Below, piece by piece: positions 21,579 through 32,063 of a DNA stretch of 64,000 nucleotides. Both the position numbers and the translations under genes were made by a program. Source of the stretch: Candidatus Binatia bacterium (GTDB taxonomy: Bacteria > Desulfobacterota > Binatia > HRBIN30); contig JBBRSP010000001.1 in assembly GCA_038245295.1 (NCBI GenBank), forward strand, positions 192,001 through 256,000. Direction: 5' to 3'. A model generated the notes under the pieces. The model had not been told where the DNA came from. It saw nothing but the letters and a program-made list of their open reading frames with translations, and searched no databases. The first letter of the stretch is position 1. Every line of letters begins with the position of its first letter.

Positions 21579-22498
21579 AACGCGACTTTCTCTGCCTGGC
21601 CGATTTCGAGCGTGCCGAGCTCGAGGCGATGCTCGACCTCGCCGTGAAGCTTAAGCGCGACCTGAAGAGTGGCAACGCTGAGACGCCGCTGCGCGGCAGG
21701 TCATTGGCGATGATCTTCGAGAAACCCAGCTTGCGTACGCGCGTGACGTTCGAAGTCGGCATGACGCAGCTCGGCGGCTATCCCGTGTACCTGCAGCCGA
21801 GCGATATCCGCCTCGGCGAGCGCGAAACGGTTGCCGACATCGCGCGCAATCTCGACCGTTGGGTCGACCTGATCATGGCGCGAACCTTTGCCCATTCGAC
21901 GCTGGAGGAGCTGGCGCGGTATGCCTCGGTTCCGGTGATCAACGGCCTGTCGGATCTCTACCATCCGTGCCAGGTCCTGGCCGATTGTCTGACCTTACTG
22001 GAGAAGCGCGGCAAGGTGGCCGGAGCCCGCGTCGCCTTCGTCGGCGACGGTAACAACATGGCGCACTCGTGGATGAATGCCGCTGCCGTGTTGGGATTCG
22101 AGTTTGTCCTCGCCTGTCCGCCCAACTATTGCGCCGATGCAAGGGTACTGGATCGGGCGCGCCAACTTGGCGGCAAGATCAGTGTGACACACGATCCGCG
22201 CGAGGCGGCGCGTGATGCCGATGTCCTGTATACCGACGTGTGGACGAGCATGGGCCAGGAAGCCGAAGCGGTGGTGCGCCAGGAGGCATTTGCCGACTTC
22301 CAGATCAACCGTTCGTTGCTCGACCTGGCGCGTCGCGACGCGATCGTGATGCACTGCTTGCCGGCGCATCGCGGCGAGGAGATCACCGCCGAGGTGATCG
22401 ACGGGCCGCAGTCCGTGGTGTTTGAGGAGGCTGAGAATCGCTTGCATGCGCAGAAGGCGGTTCTCGTATGGCTCTCCGAGCAGGCGCGCCGCGCCTGA
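21575..22498 (+). CDS. argF: Ornithine carbamoyltransferase
   Basis: FEKPSLRTR, HPCQ, DVWTSMG, HCLP, AENR; ATGA overlap with argD. Confidence 0.96.
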   Translation: MKRDFLCLADFERAELEAMLDLAVKLKRDLKSGNAETPLRGRSLAMIFEKPSLRTRVTFEVGMTQLGGYPVYLQPSDIRLGERETVADIARNLDRWVDLIMARTFAHSTLEELARYASVPVINGLSDLYHPCQVLADCLTLLEKRGKVAGARVAFVGDGNNMAHSWMNAAAVLGFEFVLACPPNYCADARVLDRARQLGGKISVTHDPREAARDADVLYTDVWTSMGQEAEAVVRQEAFADFQINRSLLDLARRDAIVMHCLPAHRGEEITAEVIDGPQSVVFEEAENRLHAQKAVLVWLSEQARRA

Positions 22499-22522
22499 TC
22501 AAATTCGGGAAGGAAGACGAAG

Positions 22523-23731
22523 ATGGCAGACAAGCCGAAGAAGATCGTGCTTGCGTATTCGGGTGGCCTCGACACCTCGGTGATCCTGAGCTGGCTCATC
22601 GACACCTACGGTTGCGAGGTCGTGGCATTCTGCGCCGATCTGGGGCAGGGCGATGAGCTGTCGCCGGTCGAGGGCAAGGCCAAACGTGGCGGTGCCTGCG
22701 CTGTTTATATCGACGATCTACGCGAAGAGTTCGTGGGCGACTTCGTGTTCCCGATGTTGCGCGCCAACGCCATCTACGAAGGCAACTATCTCCTCGGGAC
22801 CTCGATCGCGCGGCCACTGATCGCCAAGCGCCAGATCGAGATTGCCATCAAAGAGGGCGCCGACGCCGTGGCGCACGGCGCTACCGGCAAGGGCAACGAT
22901 CAGGTACGCTTCGAGCTTACGTACTACGCGCTCAAGCCCGACATCAAAGTGATCGCCCCGTGGCGCGAGTGGGATCTCAACTCTCGCACCAAGTTGATCG
23001 CCTATGCCGAGAGCCGCAAGATCCCGATTCCGGTCACGGCCGAAAAGCCCTACAGTTCGGATCGTAACGCCCTGCATATTTCGTTCGAAGGCGGCATTCT
23101 CGAGGACCCATGGCGCGAACCGTATGAGGACATGTTCCTACTCAGCGTGTCGCCCGAGAAGGCACCGGACAAGCCGGAGTATGTCGAGGTTGAGTATGCC
23201 AACGGTAACCCTGTTGCGGTGAACGGGGAGAAGCTGTCGCCGGCGGTGTTGTTGCAGCGGTTGAATGAGATCGGCGGTCGCAACGGCATCGGCCGCGTCG
23301 ATATGGTCGAGAACCGTTACGTCGGCATGAAGTCGCGCGGTGTGTACGAGACCCCGGGCGGCACCATCCTGCACGCGGCGCACCGGGCCGTCGAGTCGAT
23401 CACCCTCGATCGCGAAGTGTTGCATCTGCGCGACTCGCTGATCTCGCGTTACGCCGAGATGGTCTATTACGGCTATTGGTTCGCCCCGGAGCGGACGATG
23501 TTGCAAACGGCGATCGACGAGGCGCAACGCTCGTGCAATGGCGTGGCGCGCCTCAAACTCTACAAGGGCAACTGCATCGTTGTCGGGCGCAAGTCGGACA
23601 ACAGCCTGTACCGCCCCGACATCGCGACCTTTGAGGCCGACACCGTCTACAAGCAGGCCGATGCCGAAGGGTTCATCAAGCTGAATGCCCTGCGCTTAAA
23701 GATTCGCGCCCGCGTCGAGGGCGGGGCGTAG
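22523..23731 (+). CDS. argG: Argininosuccinate synthase
   Basis: [33 protein letters not shown]. Confidence 0.97.
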   Translation: MADKPKKIVLAYSGGLDTSVILSWLIDTYGCEVVAFCADLGQGDELSPVEGKAKRGGACAVYIDDLREEFVGDFVFPMLRANAIYEGNYLLGTSIARPLIAKRQIEIAIKEGADAVAHGATGKGNDQVRFELTYYALKPDIKVIAPWREWDLNSRTKLIAYAESRKIPIPVTAEKPYSSDRNALHISFEGGILEDPWREPYEDMFLLSVSPEKAPDKPEYVEVEYANGNPVAVNGEKLSPAVLLQRLNEIGGRNGIGRVDMVENRYVGMKSRGVYETPGGTILHAAHRAVESITLDREVLHLRDSLISRYAEMVYYGYWFAPERTMLQTAIDEAQRSCNGVARLKLYKGNCIVVGRKSDNSLYRPDIATFEADTVYKQADAEGFIKLNALRLKIRARVEGGA

Positions 23732-23769
23732 ATTACGCCGACTAGAATCGTAGGGAGCAAGTTGATCCT

Positions 23770-24864
23770 ATGGCCTTGAGCATTGGCATCGTTGGTCTAC
23801 CGAACGTCGGTAAGTCCACTATCTTCAACGCGCTGATCGAGGGTGGCGCCGAGGCGGCGAACTATCCGTTCTGCACGATCGAGCCGAACGTAGGTCTGGT
23901 GGCGGTTCCCGATGCACGTCTCGAACGCATCCGGAAGCATATCCCGACGCAGAAGGTCATCCCGGCGGCACTGAACGTCGTCGATATTGCCGGTCTGGTG
24001 CGCGGCGCGTCGAAAGGGGAGGGCCTGGGCAACAAGTTCTTGGCCAACATCCGCGAGACCAACGCCATCCTCATGGCGGTTCGTTGTTTCGAGGACGACA
24101 ACATTACGCACGTCGAAGGCAGCGTCGATCCGATCCGCGACGTCGAAACGATCGAGGTGGAGTTGGCCATCGCCGATCTCGATACCGTCGAAAAGCGTCT
24201 CAAGCGGGCCTCGAGCACGGCCAAGAGTGGCAACAAGGAAGCCCGCGCCGAGATGGCGATCGCCGAGCGTTTGCAGGAACACCTGGCCGCCGGGCGCATG
24301 GCGCGATCGTTGGAGATGAATCCCGAAGAGCAGCGCATCGTTGCCGACTACTTCCTGCTGACCAATAAGCCTGTGCTCTACGCCTGCAATGTTGGCGAAG
24401 CCGACCTGCCCGACGGCAACGCATTCTCCGGGCGCGTTGCGGAACGCGCCGCGAAGGAGAATGCCCGCGTCGTCATCCTTTGCGCCAAGATCGAGGAAGA
24501 GCTGGCAGGGATGGAGCCGGCCGATCAACAGGAGATTCTGGCAACCTACGGGCTGCATGAGCCGGCGCTCAATCGTTTGGTGCGCGAGAGTTATTCGTTG
24601 CTCGGGCTGCAGTCGTATTTCACGGCCGGCGAAAAAGAGATCCGCGCCTGGACGATCGCCGTCGGCGCAACCGCGCCCCAGGCCGCTGGCGTCATTCATT
24701 CCGACTTCGAACGAGGCTTCATCCGCGCCAATACCTACGAGCTCGCCGACCTCGAGCAGTACGGCAACGAGACGGCGATCCGCGCCGCCGGCAAGCTGCG
24801 CGCCGAAGGCAAAGAGTACGTCGTTCGCGACGGCGACATCCTGCACTTCCTGTTCAACGTCTGA
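23770..24864 (+). CDS. ychF: Redox-regulated ATPase YchF
   Basis: [37 protein letters not shown] domain, EGKEY. Confidence 0.96.
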   Translation: MALSIGIVGLPNVGKSTIFNALIEGGAEAANYPFCTIEPNVGLVAVPDARLERIRKHIPTQKVIPAALNVVDIAGLVRGASKGEGLGNKFLANIRETNAILMAVRCFEDDNITHVEGSVDPIRDVETIEVELAIADLDTVEKRLKRASSTAKSGNKEARAEMAIAERLQEHLAAGRMARSLEMNPEEQRIVADYFLLTNKPVLYACNVGEADLPDGNAFSGRVAERAAKENARVVILCAKIEEELAGMEPADQQEILATYGLHEPALNRLVRESYSLLGLQSYFTAGEKEIRAWTIAVGATAPQAAGVIHSDFERGFIRANTYELADLEQYGNETAIRAAGKLRAEGKEYVVRDGDILHFLFNV

Positions 24865-24929
24865 TCCGCCAGTTAGGCTGTTTGCGGGGCGACTCCCGGA
24901 CGGGTTTCTGCGACGCTGCGACACTCTGG

Positions 24930-24951
24930 GCGCCACGGAGTGGCGCGCTCC
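24930..24951 (-). repeat. REP-like unit (GGAG tag plus palindrome)
   Basis: Minus strand reads GGAG-C-GCGCCAC-TCC-GTGGCGC. Confidence 0.5.
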
Positions 24952-25067
24952 GATTAGAGACCATCGGCGGACGTGGATCCCAAATTGAGACACTACCTAA
25001 CCCCGAGCACCCTGTCGTAGGTGGTTGCGACAGTTCAGACGCGCGTGGTACTTTGACCTTGAGGCAT

Positions 25068-25751
25068 ATGGTAGTTCTTCCACCAAATAGACGCAGCCGC
25101 AGATGGCGGCATGGGCTGCTGGCCATGGTTCTGGCAGGGATCACGAGTCGTTCGTCCGTTGCCCAGACGGCCGCCTATGCGAGCGGCGAGAACGATCCCG
25201 GCGCTCAACTGGCGAAGAAGTCCCTCGAGATGATGCGCCAAGGGGAGGAGGAGCCGTCGCTTGCCGCCAAGCGCAAGTACTATGAAGAGGGTTTGAAGCT
25301 GGCTGAGCAGTCCATCGCCCTCAACGACGCCAGCGCCGACGCACACTTCGCGCGGTTCACGAATCTCGGACGCTTGATGCTGCTGGATGGCACGGTGCCG
25401 AACCCAATCAACATCCTGACCGTGAATCGTGAGCTCAATCGGGTTCTGGATCTCGACCCGACCTATGCCGATGCGTGGGCTGCCAAGGGTGGCATGTACC
25501 GCCAGTTGCCTGGATTGCTCGGCGGCAGTGAAGCCAAGGCGGAGCAATGCCTCAAACGTGCCATTGATCTCGACGAACACGCCGTCGGCGCCCGGGTCGA
25601 GTTGGCGATCCTATACCGCGATCACGGCGAACCACACCGCGGCGTGCCGTTGATCGAGCAAGCCATCGTGATTGCTGGGCAAGACCATAAGCCGCAGGCG
25701 TGCGCCGAAGCCAAAGCGCTGCTCGAACAGTTCCGCGCCACACCCAAGTAG
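25068..25751 (+). CDS. Exported TPR-repeat protein (TatT-like)
   Basis: Signal-like N-terminus; TPR helices; MYRQLPGLLGGS..KAE motif; start uncertain. Confidence 0.7.
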   Translation: MVVLPPNRRSRRWRHGLLAMVLAGITSRSSVAQTAAYASGENDPGAQLAKKSLEMMRQGEEEPSLAAKRKYYEEGLKLAEQSIALNDASADAHFARFTNLGRLMLLDGTVPNPINILTVNRELNRVLDLDPTYADAWAAKGGMYRQLPGLLGGSEAKAEQCLKRAIDLDEHAVGARVELAILYRDHGEPHRGVPLIEQAIVIAGQDHKPQACAEAKALLEQFRATPK

Positions 25752-25777
25752 TTCGCCGCGCCACGGCGATGCGCCGG

Positions 25778-26359
25778 TCAGCGCCGGTCTTGCAGTAGAT
25801 TCTCCACGTACCGCGCCAGAATGTCGGTTTCGATGTTCACCGAGTCGCCCGGGTTCTTGCGCAGCAGATTCAAATGTTCCTGCGAGTATTGAACGACCGA
25901 GACGGCGAAGGTGTCGTCGGTCTTGTCGATGATCGTCAGACTGGCGCCGTCGATGGCCACAGGACCCTTGACGATCATGTAGCGCAGTAGTTCGGCCGGC
26001 GTCGTGAGTCGCGCGATGACGGCGTCGGCTTCGCGCGTGAACGAGTGGATCGTGGCGCGTCCTTCGACCACACCACGCACGATATGACCGGAGAGTCGGT
26101 CCATCGGCCGCACCGAGCGTTCGAGATTGACGAAGTCACCCGGCTTGAGTTCACCGAGGTTCGAGCGCCGATAGGTCTCCGGCATGACGTTGGCGAAGAA
26201 CGTATCCCCCAGCACTTCGGTGACGGTAAGGTCGACGCCGTTGATGGCGATCGAGTCACCAAGGTTCGCATCGGCCAGAATCTTCTTCGCCCGGATGCGC
26301 AGATTACCTTGATCGGATTCGACCACTTCGCCCAATTCTTCGATGATTCCTGTGAACAT
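25778..26359 (-). CDS. ribE: Riboflavin synthase alpha-chain homologue (atypical residues)
   Basis: MFTGIIEE, GDSIAING, VNLER, VNIETD two-barrel pattern; NGVDLT and GHIVRGV deviate from canonical. Confidence 0.82.
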   Translation of the reverse strand: MFTGIIEELGEVVESDQGNLRIRAKKILADANLGDSIAINGVDLTVTEVLGDTFFANVMPETYRRSNLGELKPGDFVNLERSVRPMDRLSGHIVRGVVEGRATIHSFTREADAVIARLTTPAELLRYMIVKGPVAIDGASLTIIDKTDDTFAVSVVQYSQEHLNLLRKNPGDSVNIETDILARYVENLLQDRR

Positions 26360-26393
26360 AAAGGCAATGTCCCAAATCGCCGCTGCTGAGACA

Positions 26394-26478
26394 AGGCGTG
26401 GAAGAGGTGGTCGGGGGTAGGGCCTAGTGGCCAGGGCGGCAGCGTGGTGCTCATCCTTCGCACCCCAGATCTACGCCT
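26394..26478. repeat. Decayed GTAGGGC-family palindromic element
   Basis: AGGCGTGG...GGGGTAGGGC opposed to GCACCCCAGATCTACGCCT. Confidence 0.5.
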
Positions 26479-26495
26479 GACGAGTCAAACCGCTT

Positions 26496-28985
26496 CTATT
26501 CCAACGCTTCCAGCGCGGCACCGTCGACCCAACCGCGGCGTCCGTCGCAGCGCGCCACTTGCCACCAGCCGTCCCGCCGTTCGACGACGTGTACCAGGGA
26601 GCCTTGCTTGAGTGTGTAGTGCTCGGTGCCGCTGGCGGCGGGCTCGAAGCGTGCCGCGGTTGAGCCACCGGCAATGATCACGGCGGTCTGGTTGGGGCGG
26701 TTGCTCCACCACTCGGACGCCGCACTGAGGCACGCGATGAACCACAGGATTGCCGCCGCGGTTGCAAGATTGAGCAACCAACGCGGGTGGGCACGCCAGA
26801 GATGCCACGCGGCGAGGCAGCCGAAGACCAGGAGCCAGAGGAAACACGCGGTCGACGCCGTCGCCCGGGCGGAGACTCGCCCCGCTAGTGGGAAGGCAAT
26901 GGAGTGCCACAAGGACGGAGCGCATTCGTCGCCGCCAGACAGGGAGCGGGCGTACGACAGGTTGGCCTGTACATCTGGATCTCCCGGCTGCAGGCGCAGG
27001 GCGCGTTCGTAGTTGAGAATCGCTCGACCCTTGTCGCCGGCTTTGAAGTAGGCGTTGCCGAGATTGAAGTAGAGCGGGGCGCTTTCGAGGCCGGCGTGTA
27101 CGACCTGTTCGTACTCGGTTACTGCCGCCGCGAACTCGCCTTGTTTGTAGAGTGTGTTGGCTTGAAAGAAGGACGTCTGGGGACTGCTCTGGTCAACCGC
27201 GCGCACCGATGCGGCGCCAAAGATCAGGAGGCTCGCCACGAGCATGGCGGCGCCCTTCGGACTCCATTTGCGCTGCCGCTCCAGGCGGTCGACGATATCG
27301 TGCGCTGCCGTCAGCAGGGCCTGCAGGTCGGCCGTGCCGCTACCCGGCGCAAAGCGCAGACGCTCACACGTGTCGGCGACCTCGGCGACGCGTTGGACGA
27401 TGCCGTCGGCCACGCCGCGCCGCCGCACACTTTCAGCATCCACAGAACCAACTGGCAGATCGAGCTTCGCGGCCAGGTACTCCTGAATCGTGCGCGCAAT
27501 CGCATCGAGGAAGCCGCTGCCCTCATTGGCGCGCAGCGCCGCCTCGGCGCCCGTCAAACCGTCGCGCGCCACTTTGCCGGCTTTGGTGAAGCGCGCGAAA
27601 CGCGCGTCGCCAAGAATGAGGGATCGTCTTTGATCGTAGACACGCGCCGCGACGAACCCGCCTAGAGCGAGGAATTGCAACAACCACAGAACTACGCCGC
27701 CAAACGGGTTGCCGCTGCGCTCGCGCAGCGATCCCGGATCATCCTTGATGAAGATGATGTCGTGCCCCAGCTCTTCCGGTGCGGCGATCTTGGGCGGCGC
27801 ATCGGCAGAGAGAATCTGTGCCTGCTGCGGCTGCTGTGCGGCGCGCACCGTCAACGGGATCGGATCGGTCTGCAAGGTCTGGTACTGGCGTTGCGCTGTA
27901 TCGAAATAGCTAAAACGCACCGCTGGGATTTGTGTCACCGTCGCGTCGTTCGGGATTAGCACCTGCTCGTAGATGCGGAGCCCGTCGTTCGACGTTGCCA
28001 GCTTCGGATCGTAGACGCGGAAGCCCTGCGTCTTGGTGAGCGAAGGCGCCGCAACGTTGTCGAGGTTGCCACGTCCGCTCAACACCATACGCAGCGTAAT
28101 TGGATCTCCGGCGTTCACTTCCGCCGGGGAAGCGGTTGCTTCCAGGGTGAAATTCCCAACGGCCCCACCATACCCGGCAGGCTTGCCCTCCTTCGGAAGC
28201 GGCAGAACGTTAAGTACGAGCGGCTCGGAGCGGATTGTCGACTGGTGGCCTTCGGCAAAGGCATCGTCGAAGAACGAGCCGCGACGCCGCTGATCGTAGG
28301 TAGTCAGCGTCATGGCCGCCGGGCCCAGGGTCAAGGTGCCGTCACGTACTGGCGTCAGTTTGCTCTGGAAGTGGACGACGGAATATTGCTGGCCATCGAT
28401 GACCTGCTGGCCCTGATTCGGTTGCGGAAACTTGTCGAGGTTGGCGCCTTCGACCGGGAGAGTCGGAAACTGCAGGTCGCCGACGCGGATCTGTCCAACT
28501 TGTAGCGTCACGTCGACCGCGATCGTTTCGTTCACATACAAGTCGGTCTTGGACGTCGTCAGTAGGAGGCGGATCGGTTTGCCGGGTGCTCCGCCTGCCT
28601 GCGCGGCGACGACTTCCAGCGTCTGCGGCTCGGTACGGAAGGTCTGCCCCTTGTAGGCGACCTCGATGGCGCCGATCGTGTAACGTCCGACCTGTTGCGA
28701 CTCCAGTGCATAACGGTGCTGAACCGACGCACTCATCTGGCCGTTGACGATGGAGACCTGGGTCGACGGGCCGACGTAGCGCGCGTCGAGTCCGGGCACC
28801 GCCGGCAGGCCGGGGGCGGCAACATCCTGTGCCCCGGCGACGTCGATCTGCAACACAGCGCGTTCGCCAATCTGCACCCGTGGCGGCGTGATCGAGGCGC
28901 GGACGGTGATTTGAGCGGCCGCCGGGTGATGGCTGAAGGCACCCAACAGAAACACGACGGCGAGTCGAAGGAGAAGGCGACGCAT
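26496..28985 (-). CDS. batD: BatD-BatE fusion protein
   Basis: Signal peptide, BatD Ig-like repeats (GAVGNF, GRGNL, FSYFD), TM, then TPRs (YFNLGNAYFK, AILNYERA) and SH3-like end (GRRGWV). Confidence 0.85.
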   Translation of the reverse strand: MRRLLLRLAVVFLLGAFSHHPAAAQITVRASITPPRVQIGERAVLQIDVAGAQDVAAPGLPAVPGLDARYVGPSTQVSIVNGQMSASVQHRYALESQQVGRYTIGAIEVAYKGQTFRTEPQTLEVVAAQAGGAPGKPIRLLLTTSKTDLYVNETIAVDVTLQVGQIRVGDLQFPTLPVEGANLDKFPQPNQGQQVIDGQQYSVVHFQSKLTPVRDGTLTLGPAAMTLTTYDQRRRGSFFDDAFAEGHQSTIRSEPLVLNVLPLPKEGKPAGYGGAVGNFTLEATASPAEVNAGDPITLRMVLSGRGNLDNVAAPSLTKTQGFRVYDPKLATSNDGLRIYEQVLIPNDATVTQIPAVRFSYFDTAQRQYQTLQTDPIPLTVRAAQQPQQAQILSADAPPKIAAPEELGHDIIFIKDDPGSLRERSGNPFGGVVLWLLQFLALGGFVAARVYDQRRSLILGDARFARFTKAGKVARDGLTGAEAALRANEGSGFLDAIARTIQEYLAAKLDLPVGSVDAESVRRRGVADGIVQRVAEVADTCERLRFAPGSGTADLQALLTAAHDIVDRLERQRKWSPKGAAMLVASLLIFGAASVRAVDQSSPQTSFFQANTLYKQGEFAAAVTEYEQVVHAGLESAPLYFNLGNAYFKAGDKGRAILNYERALRLQPGDPDVQANLSYARSLSGGDECAPSLWHSIAFPLAGRVSARATASTACFLWLLVFGCLAAWHLWRAHPRWLLNLATAAAILWFIACLSAASEWWSNRPNQTAVIIAGGSTAARFEPAASGTEHYTLKQGSLVHVVERRDGWWQVARCDGRRGWVDGAALEALE

Positions 28986-28993
28986 CGTGGCGC

Positions 28994-30028
28994 TTACCAA
29001 TCTCGCGACGGCTCGGCGACGCGCGCCGGGGCGGCGTGTTTGACGAACTCGTCCGGCTGCAATTCTTCGCTGCGAGCGCTGTCGAGCAGCGCTGCGGCTT
29101 CGCGCTTCGACATGCCATCTTTGGGCTCGCCGGTCTCGGAAGCTTCGCCGCCCGCATCAGCGGCCTCGTCGCCTGATTCCTCGCCGCCTTCGCCGCCGGC
29201 TTGTTGCTGGTCCTTCTGGGCTTGCTTGTCGTCTTGCGGTTTCTCGTCGCCTGCCTGCTGTTGCTTCTGCTCCTCCTGGTCCTGCTTCTGCTTCTGCTTG
29301 TCGTCTTCTTTACCCTGCTCGCCGCCCTGCTGCTGTTGATCCTGTTGCTGCTTGTCCTGAGCCTGCTGTTGATCTTGTTGCTGCTGGTCCTGCTGCTGCT
29401 GATCCTGTTTGTCCTGCCCATCCTCTTGCTTCTGGTCGGGCTGATCCTGCTTGGGCGGCGGTTCCTGGCTCTGATTCTGTTCCTGCTCCTGTTGCTTCTT
29501 CTTCTCTTCCTGCTGTTTCTTCTGCTCTTCGATCTTCTTCTGCAGCGCCTCGATACGGCGCAGCGTCGCCTCGTAGCCCAGCTTCGCTCCGCGCGCGGTG
29601 TGATCGATGCCGAGGCCGCGACGATAGGCGACGAGTGCCGCGGCGTACTGCTTGAGAGCGTCCTGCGGTTTCGACGACTCCGCCGCTTCGGCCATGCGGA
29701 AGTAGGCGCTGCCAATGCCAAGGGCCGTGTTGCCGGCCAGCGTCTTGTCCGTCTCCGGGGCGCGCACACGCTGGAAGCTGTCGATCGCCTTTTCGTAGTG
29801 TCCGGCTTTGTAGTGCGCCGTCGCCATGTTGAAGTTGAGCAGCGGCGATTCGGGCTCGTCGATCAATGCCTCGCCGTATTTGGCCACGGCATCATCGTAC
29901 TTGCCGGCGTGAAAGAGGGCGTTGCCTTCGCGCGCTCGATCGGCCTTGGGGTTGAGCCAGCCGATCGACACGCTGCCGATGGCTAGGGCGACGGCTGCCA
30001 TACGCCAGGTTGCGCGTCGCAGAGTCAC
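28994..30028 (-). CDS. batC: BatC-like TPR protein with Gln-rich linker
   Basis: REGNALF TPRs, long Q/D/E/K tract, ends in ...RDW; GTGA overlap with batB stop. Confidence 0.82.
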   Translation of the reverse strand: MTLRRATWRMAAVALAIGSVSIGWLNPKADRAREGNALFHAGKYDDAVAKYGEALIDEPESPLLNFNMATAHYKAGHYEKAIDSFQRVRAPETDKTLAGNTALGIGSAYFRMAEAAESSKPQDALKQYAAALVAYRRGLGIDHTARGAKLGYEATLRRIEALQKKIEEQKKQQEEKKKQQEQEQNQSQEPPPKQDQPDQKQEDGQDKQDQQQQDQQQQDQQQAQDKQQQDQQQQGGEQGKEDDKQKQKQDQEEQKQQQAGDEKPQDDKQAQKDQQQAGGEGGEESGDEAADAGGEASETGEPKDGMSKREAAALLDSARSEELQPDEFVKHAAPARVAEPSRDW

Positions 30029-31071
30029 CGTGTCACCGCCGAACGTTTTGACGTCACCACCGGCTGACGCGATTCCCGTTTGCGGTTGCCGAGCAAGGGC
30101 TCGATCATCAAGAGCAACAGAGCCAGCCCCAATGGCCACTGGAAACGATCTTCGAAGCGCTTCTCCATGGTGCTGGCGAGCTCGCGTTTGTCGAGCTGGC
30201 TGATGTGTTCTTTGTAGAGTTGGTCGAGCCCGAGGGTTGGACCGGCAGCGCGCACGAACGCGCCACTGGTGGTCGCGGCGATCTTTTGCAGCGATTCCTC
30301 ATCCAGGCGCGACTTTACCACCTGGCCCTTGCGGTCTTTGACGAAGGTTTGCTGGCCATTGACCGTTACCGGGATGAGGTCGCCGTCGGCGCTGCCAATG
30401 CCGACGGTGTAGATCTTGATGCCCAGGTCGGCGGCGTTCTTGGCCGCCTCGTCGATCTTGCCGTCTTGATCCTCACCGTCGGTGATCAAGATGATCGCCG
30501 TGTGTTTGCCTTGATGGCCCTCGAAGGCCTCGACGCTCTTGGTGATCGCCTCGCCGATCGCAGTGCCACCCTTGGGGATGATTCCCACCGATGTGGCGCG
30601 TAGACTCTCGGCGAAGGCCTGGTAGTCCAGGGTGAGGGGACATTGGACGAAGGCGCTGCCGGCAAAGGCGACGAGGCCGATGCGGTCGCCCTTCAGTTGC
30701 TTGAGCAGATCTTCGAGCGCCAATTTGGCGCGTTCGAGGCGATTTGGCTTCACGTCCTCGGCGAGCATGCTGCGCGACGTGTCGATGGCGATGATGAGAT
30801 CTACTCCCTCGCGTCGTACCTCTTCCCAATGAAAGCCCCATTGCGGGCCGGCCACGGAAACTGCCATCAAAGCCACGGCGGCGGCCATCAGGATCGCGCG
30901 CCAGCGCCAGCGCCGTGTATCGAGACCGGGTGTCAGCGCTTGTACCAGATGGCTTTCGGCGAATCGCGCCAGAGCCTCATGGCGGCGGCGGAGGGCCCAC
31001 CACAAGAAGGCGACGGTCAACGGAACCAGCGCCAGCAGAACAAGGAAGAGGGGGAAACGCCAACTGATCAC
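30025..31071 (-). CDS. batB: BatB-like VWA protein
   Basis: DTSRSM MIDAS, RLERAK, PLTLDY, ITDGED, EDRFQW. Confidence 0.9.
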   Translation of the reverse strand: MISWRFPLFLVLLALVPLTVAFLWWALRRRHEALARFAESHLVQALTPGLDTRRWRWRAILMAAAVALMAVSVAGPQWGFHWEEVRREGVDLIIAIDTSRSMLAEDVKPNRLERAKLALEDLLKQLKGDRIGLVAFAGSAFVQCPLTLDYQAFAESLRATSVGIIPKGGTAIGEAITKSVEAFEGHQGKHTAIILITDGEDQDGKIDEAAKNAADLGIKIYTVGIGSADGDLIPVTVNGQQTFVKDRKGQVVKSRLDEESLQKIAATTSGAFVRAAGPTLGLDQLYKEHISQLDKRELASTMEKRFEDRFQWPLGLALLLLMIEPLLGNRKRESRQPVVTSKRSAVTR

Positions 31072-32063
31072 GGCAGCGTCCTCAGACGAGTGTTGGCGAG
31101 CAGAAGGTCGGCGAAGACGAGCAGCAACGCCGGCACGATGAGCCAGGGGAAGACCTCGTAGTAGTCGAGGTAGCGTGGGGCACTGAACTCGGTGCGTTCC
31201 ATCTTGTCGATCTCGGCCCAGATGTCTTGCAAACTCGCGGTGTCGGTGGCGCGGAAGTAGCGACCGCCGGTCTTGCTCGCGATGTCTTTGAGCGTGGTTT
31301 CGTCGATGTCGACGGCCATGGGCTGGTACACCTTGTTGCCGAACATGTCGCGCCCCGGAAACGGCGCCATGCCCTTGGTGCCGGCGCCGATGGTATACAC
31401 CTTGATCCCGAGCGACTTAGCGGCGTCGGCGGCGGTAGCCGGCGTGATGCGGCCGGCGTTGCTCTGGCCGTCGGTGAGCAGAATCACCACCTTGCTCTTG
31501 GCGGTGGAATGTTCGAGGCGGGCCGCGGCCGTAGCCAGGGCCGAACCAACCGCCGTGCCGTCCTCGATCATGCCGATCTGCGCGCGATCAAGGTTCTGTA
31601 GGAGCCACCCATGGTCCAGGGTCAGCGGACACTGGGTGTAGGGTCGGCCGGCGAACAGGACGAGGCCGAAGCGGTCGGCGGGGCGGCCGGCGATGAAATC
31701 CTTAACGACTGTCTTCACGACGTCGAGGCGGCTGGCCCGCCCGCCGTTCGGTAGAGTGAAATCCTCGGCGAGCATCGAGCCGGAGATATCGACCGCCAGG
31801 ACCAGATCGATGCCCTCGCCGCGAAACTCGCTCTCCGCCTTACCGAACTGTGGTCGTGCCAGGGCGACGATGACCAGTCCGACGGCGACGACGCGGGTGG
31901 CGAACGGAACCCAGTGCCAACGACGTAGACCGGCGGGGACGCGACGGATCACGTCGAGTGTCGGGAAACGCAGGGTGGCGCTACGCGAGCGCCGTCCGCG
32001 CAACCATAACCACAACGGTATCAGCGCCAGCAGCGCCAACATCCAGGGATCATGCAGCCGCAC
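31068..32063 (-). CDS. batA: BatA-like VWA protein
   Basis: LARPQ, DISGSMLAEDF, DGTAVG, LLTDG, IKVYTIG, TGGRYFRA. Confidence 0.92.
   Translation of the reverse strand: MRLHDPWMLALLALIPLWLWLRGRRSRSATLRFPTLDVIRRVPAGLRRWHWVPFATRVVAVGLVIVALARPQFGKAESEFRGEGIDLVLAVDISGSMLAEDFTLPNGGRASRLDVVKTVVKDFIAGRPADRFGLVLFAGRPYTQCPLTLDHGWLLQNLDRAQIGMIEDGTAVGSALATAAARLEHSTAKSKVVILLTDGQSNAGRITPATAADAAKSLGIKVYTIGAGTKGMAPFPGRDMFGNKVYQPMAVDIDETTLKDIASKTGGRYFRATDTASLQDIWAEIDKMERTEFSAPRYLDYYEVFPWLIVPALLLVFADLLLANTRLRTLP

Noticed and set aside
29201..29986. 261-aa Leu-rich ORF resembling a membrane protein
   Set aside because: Antisense shadow of the Gln-rich (CAG) tract of batC
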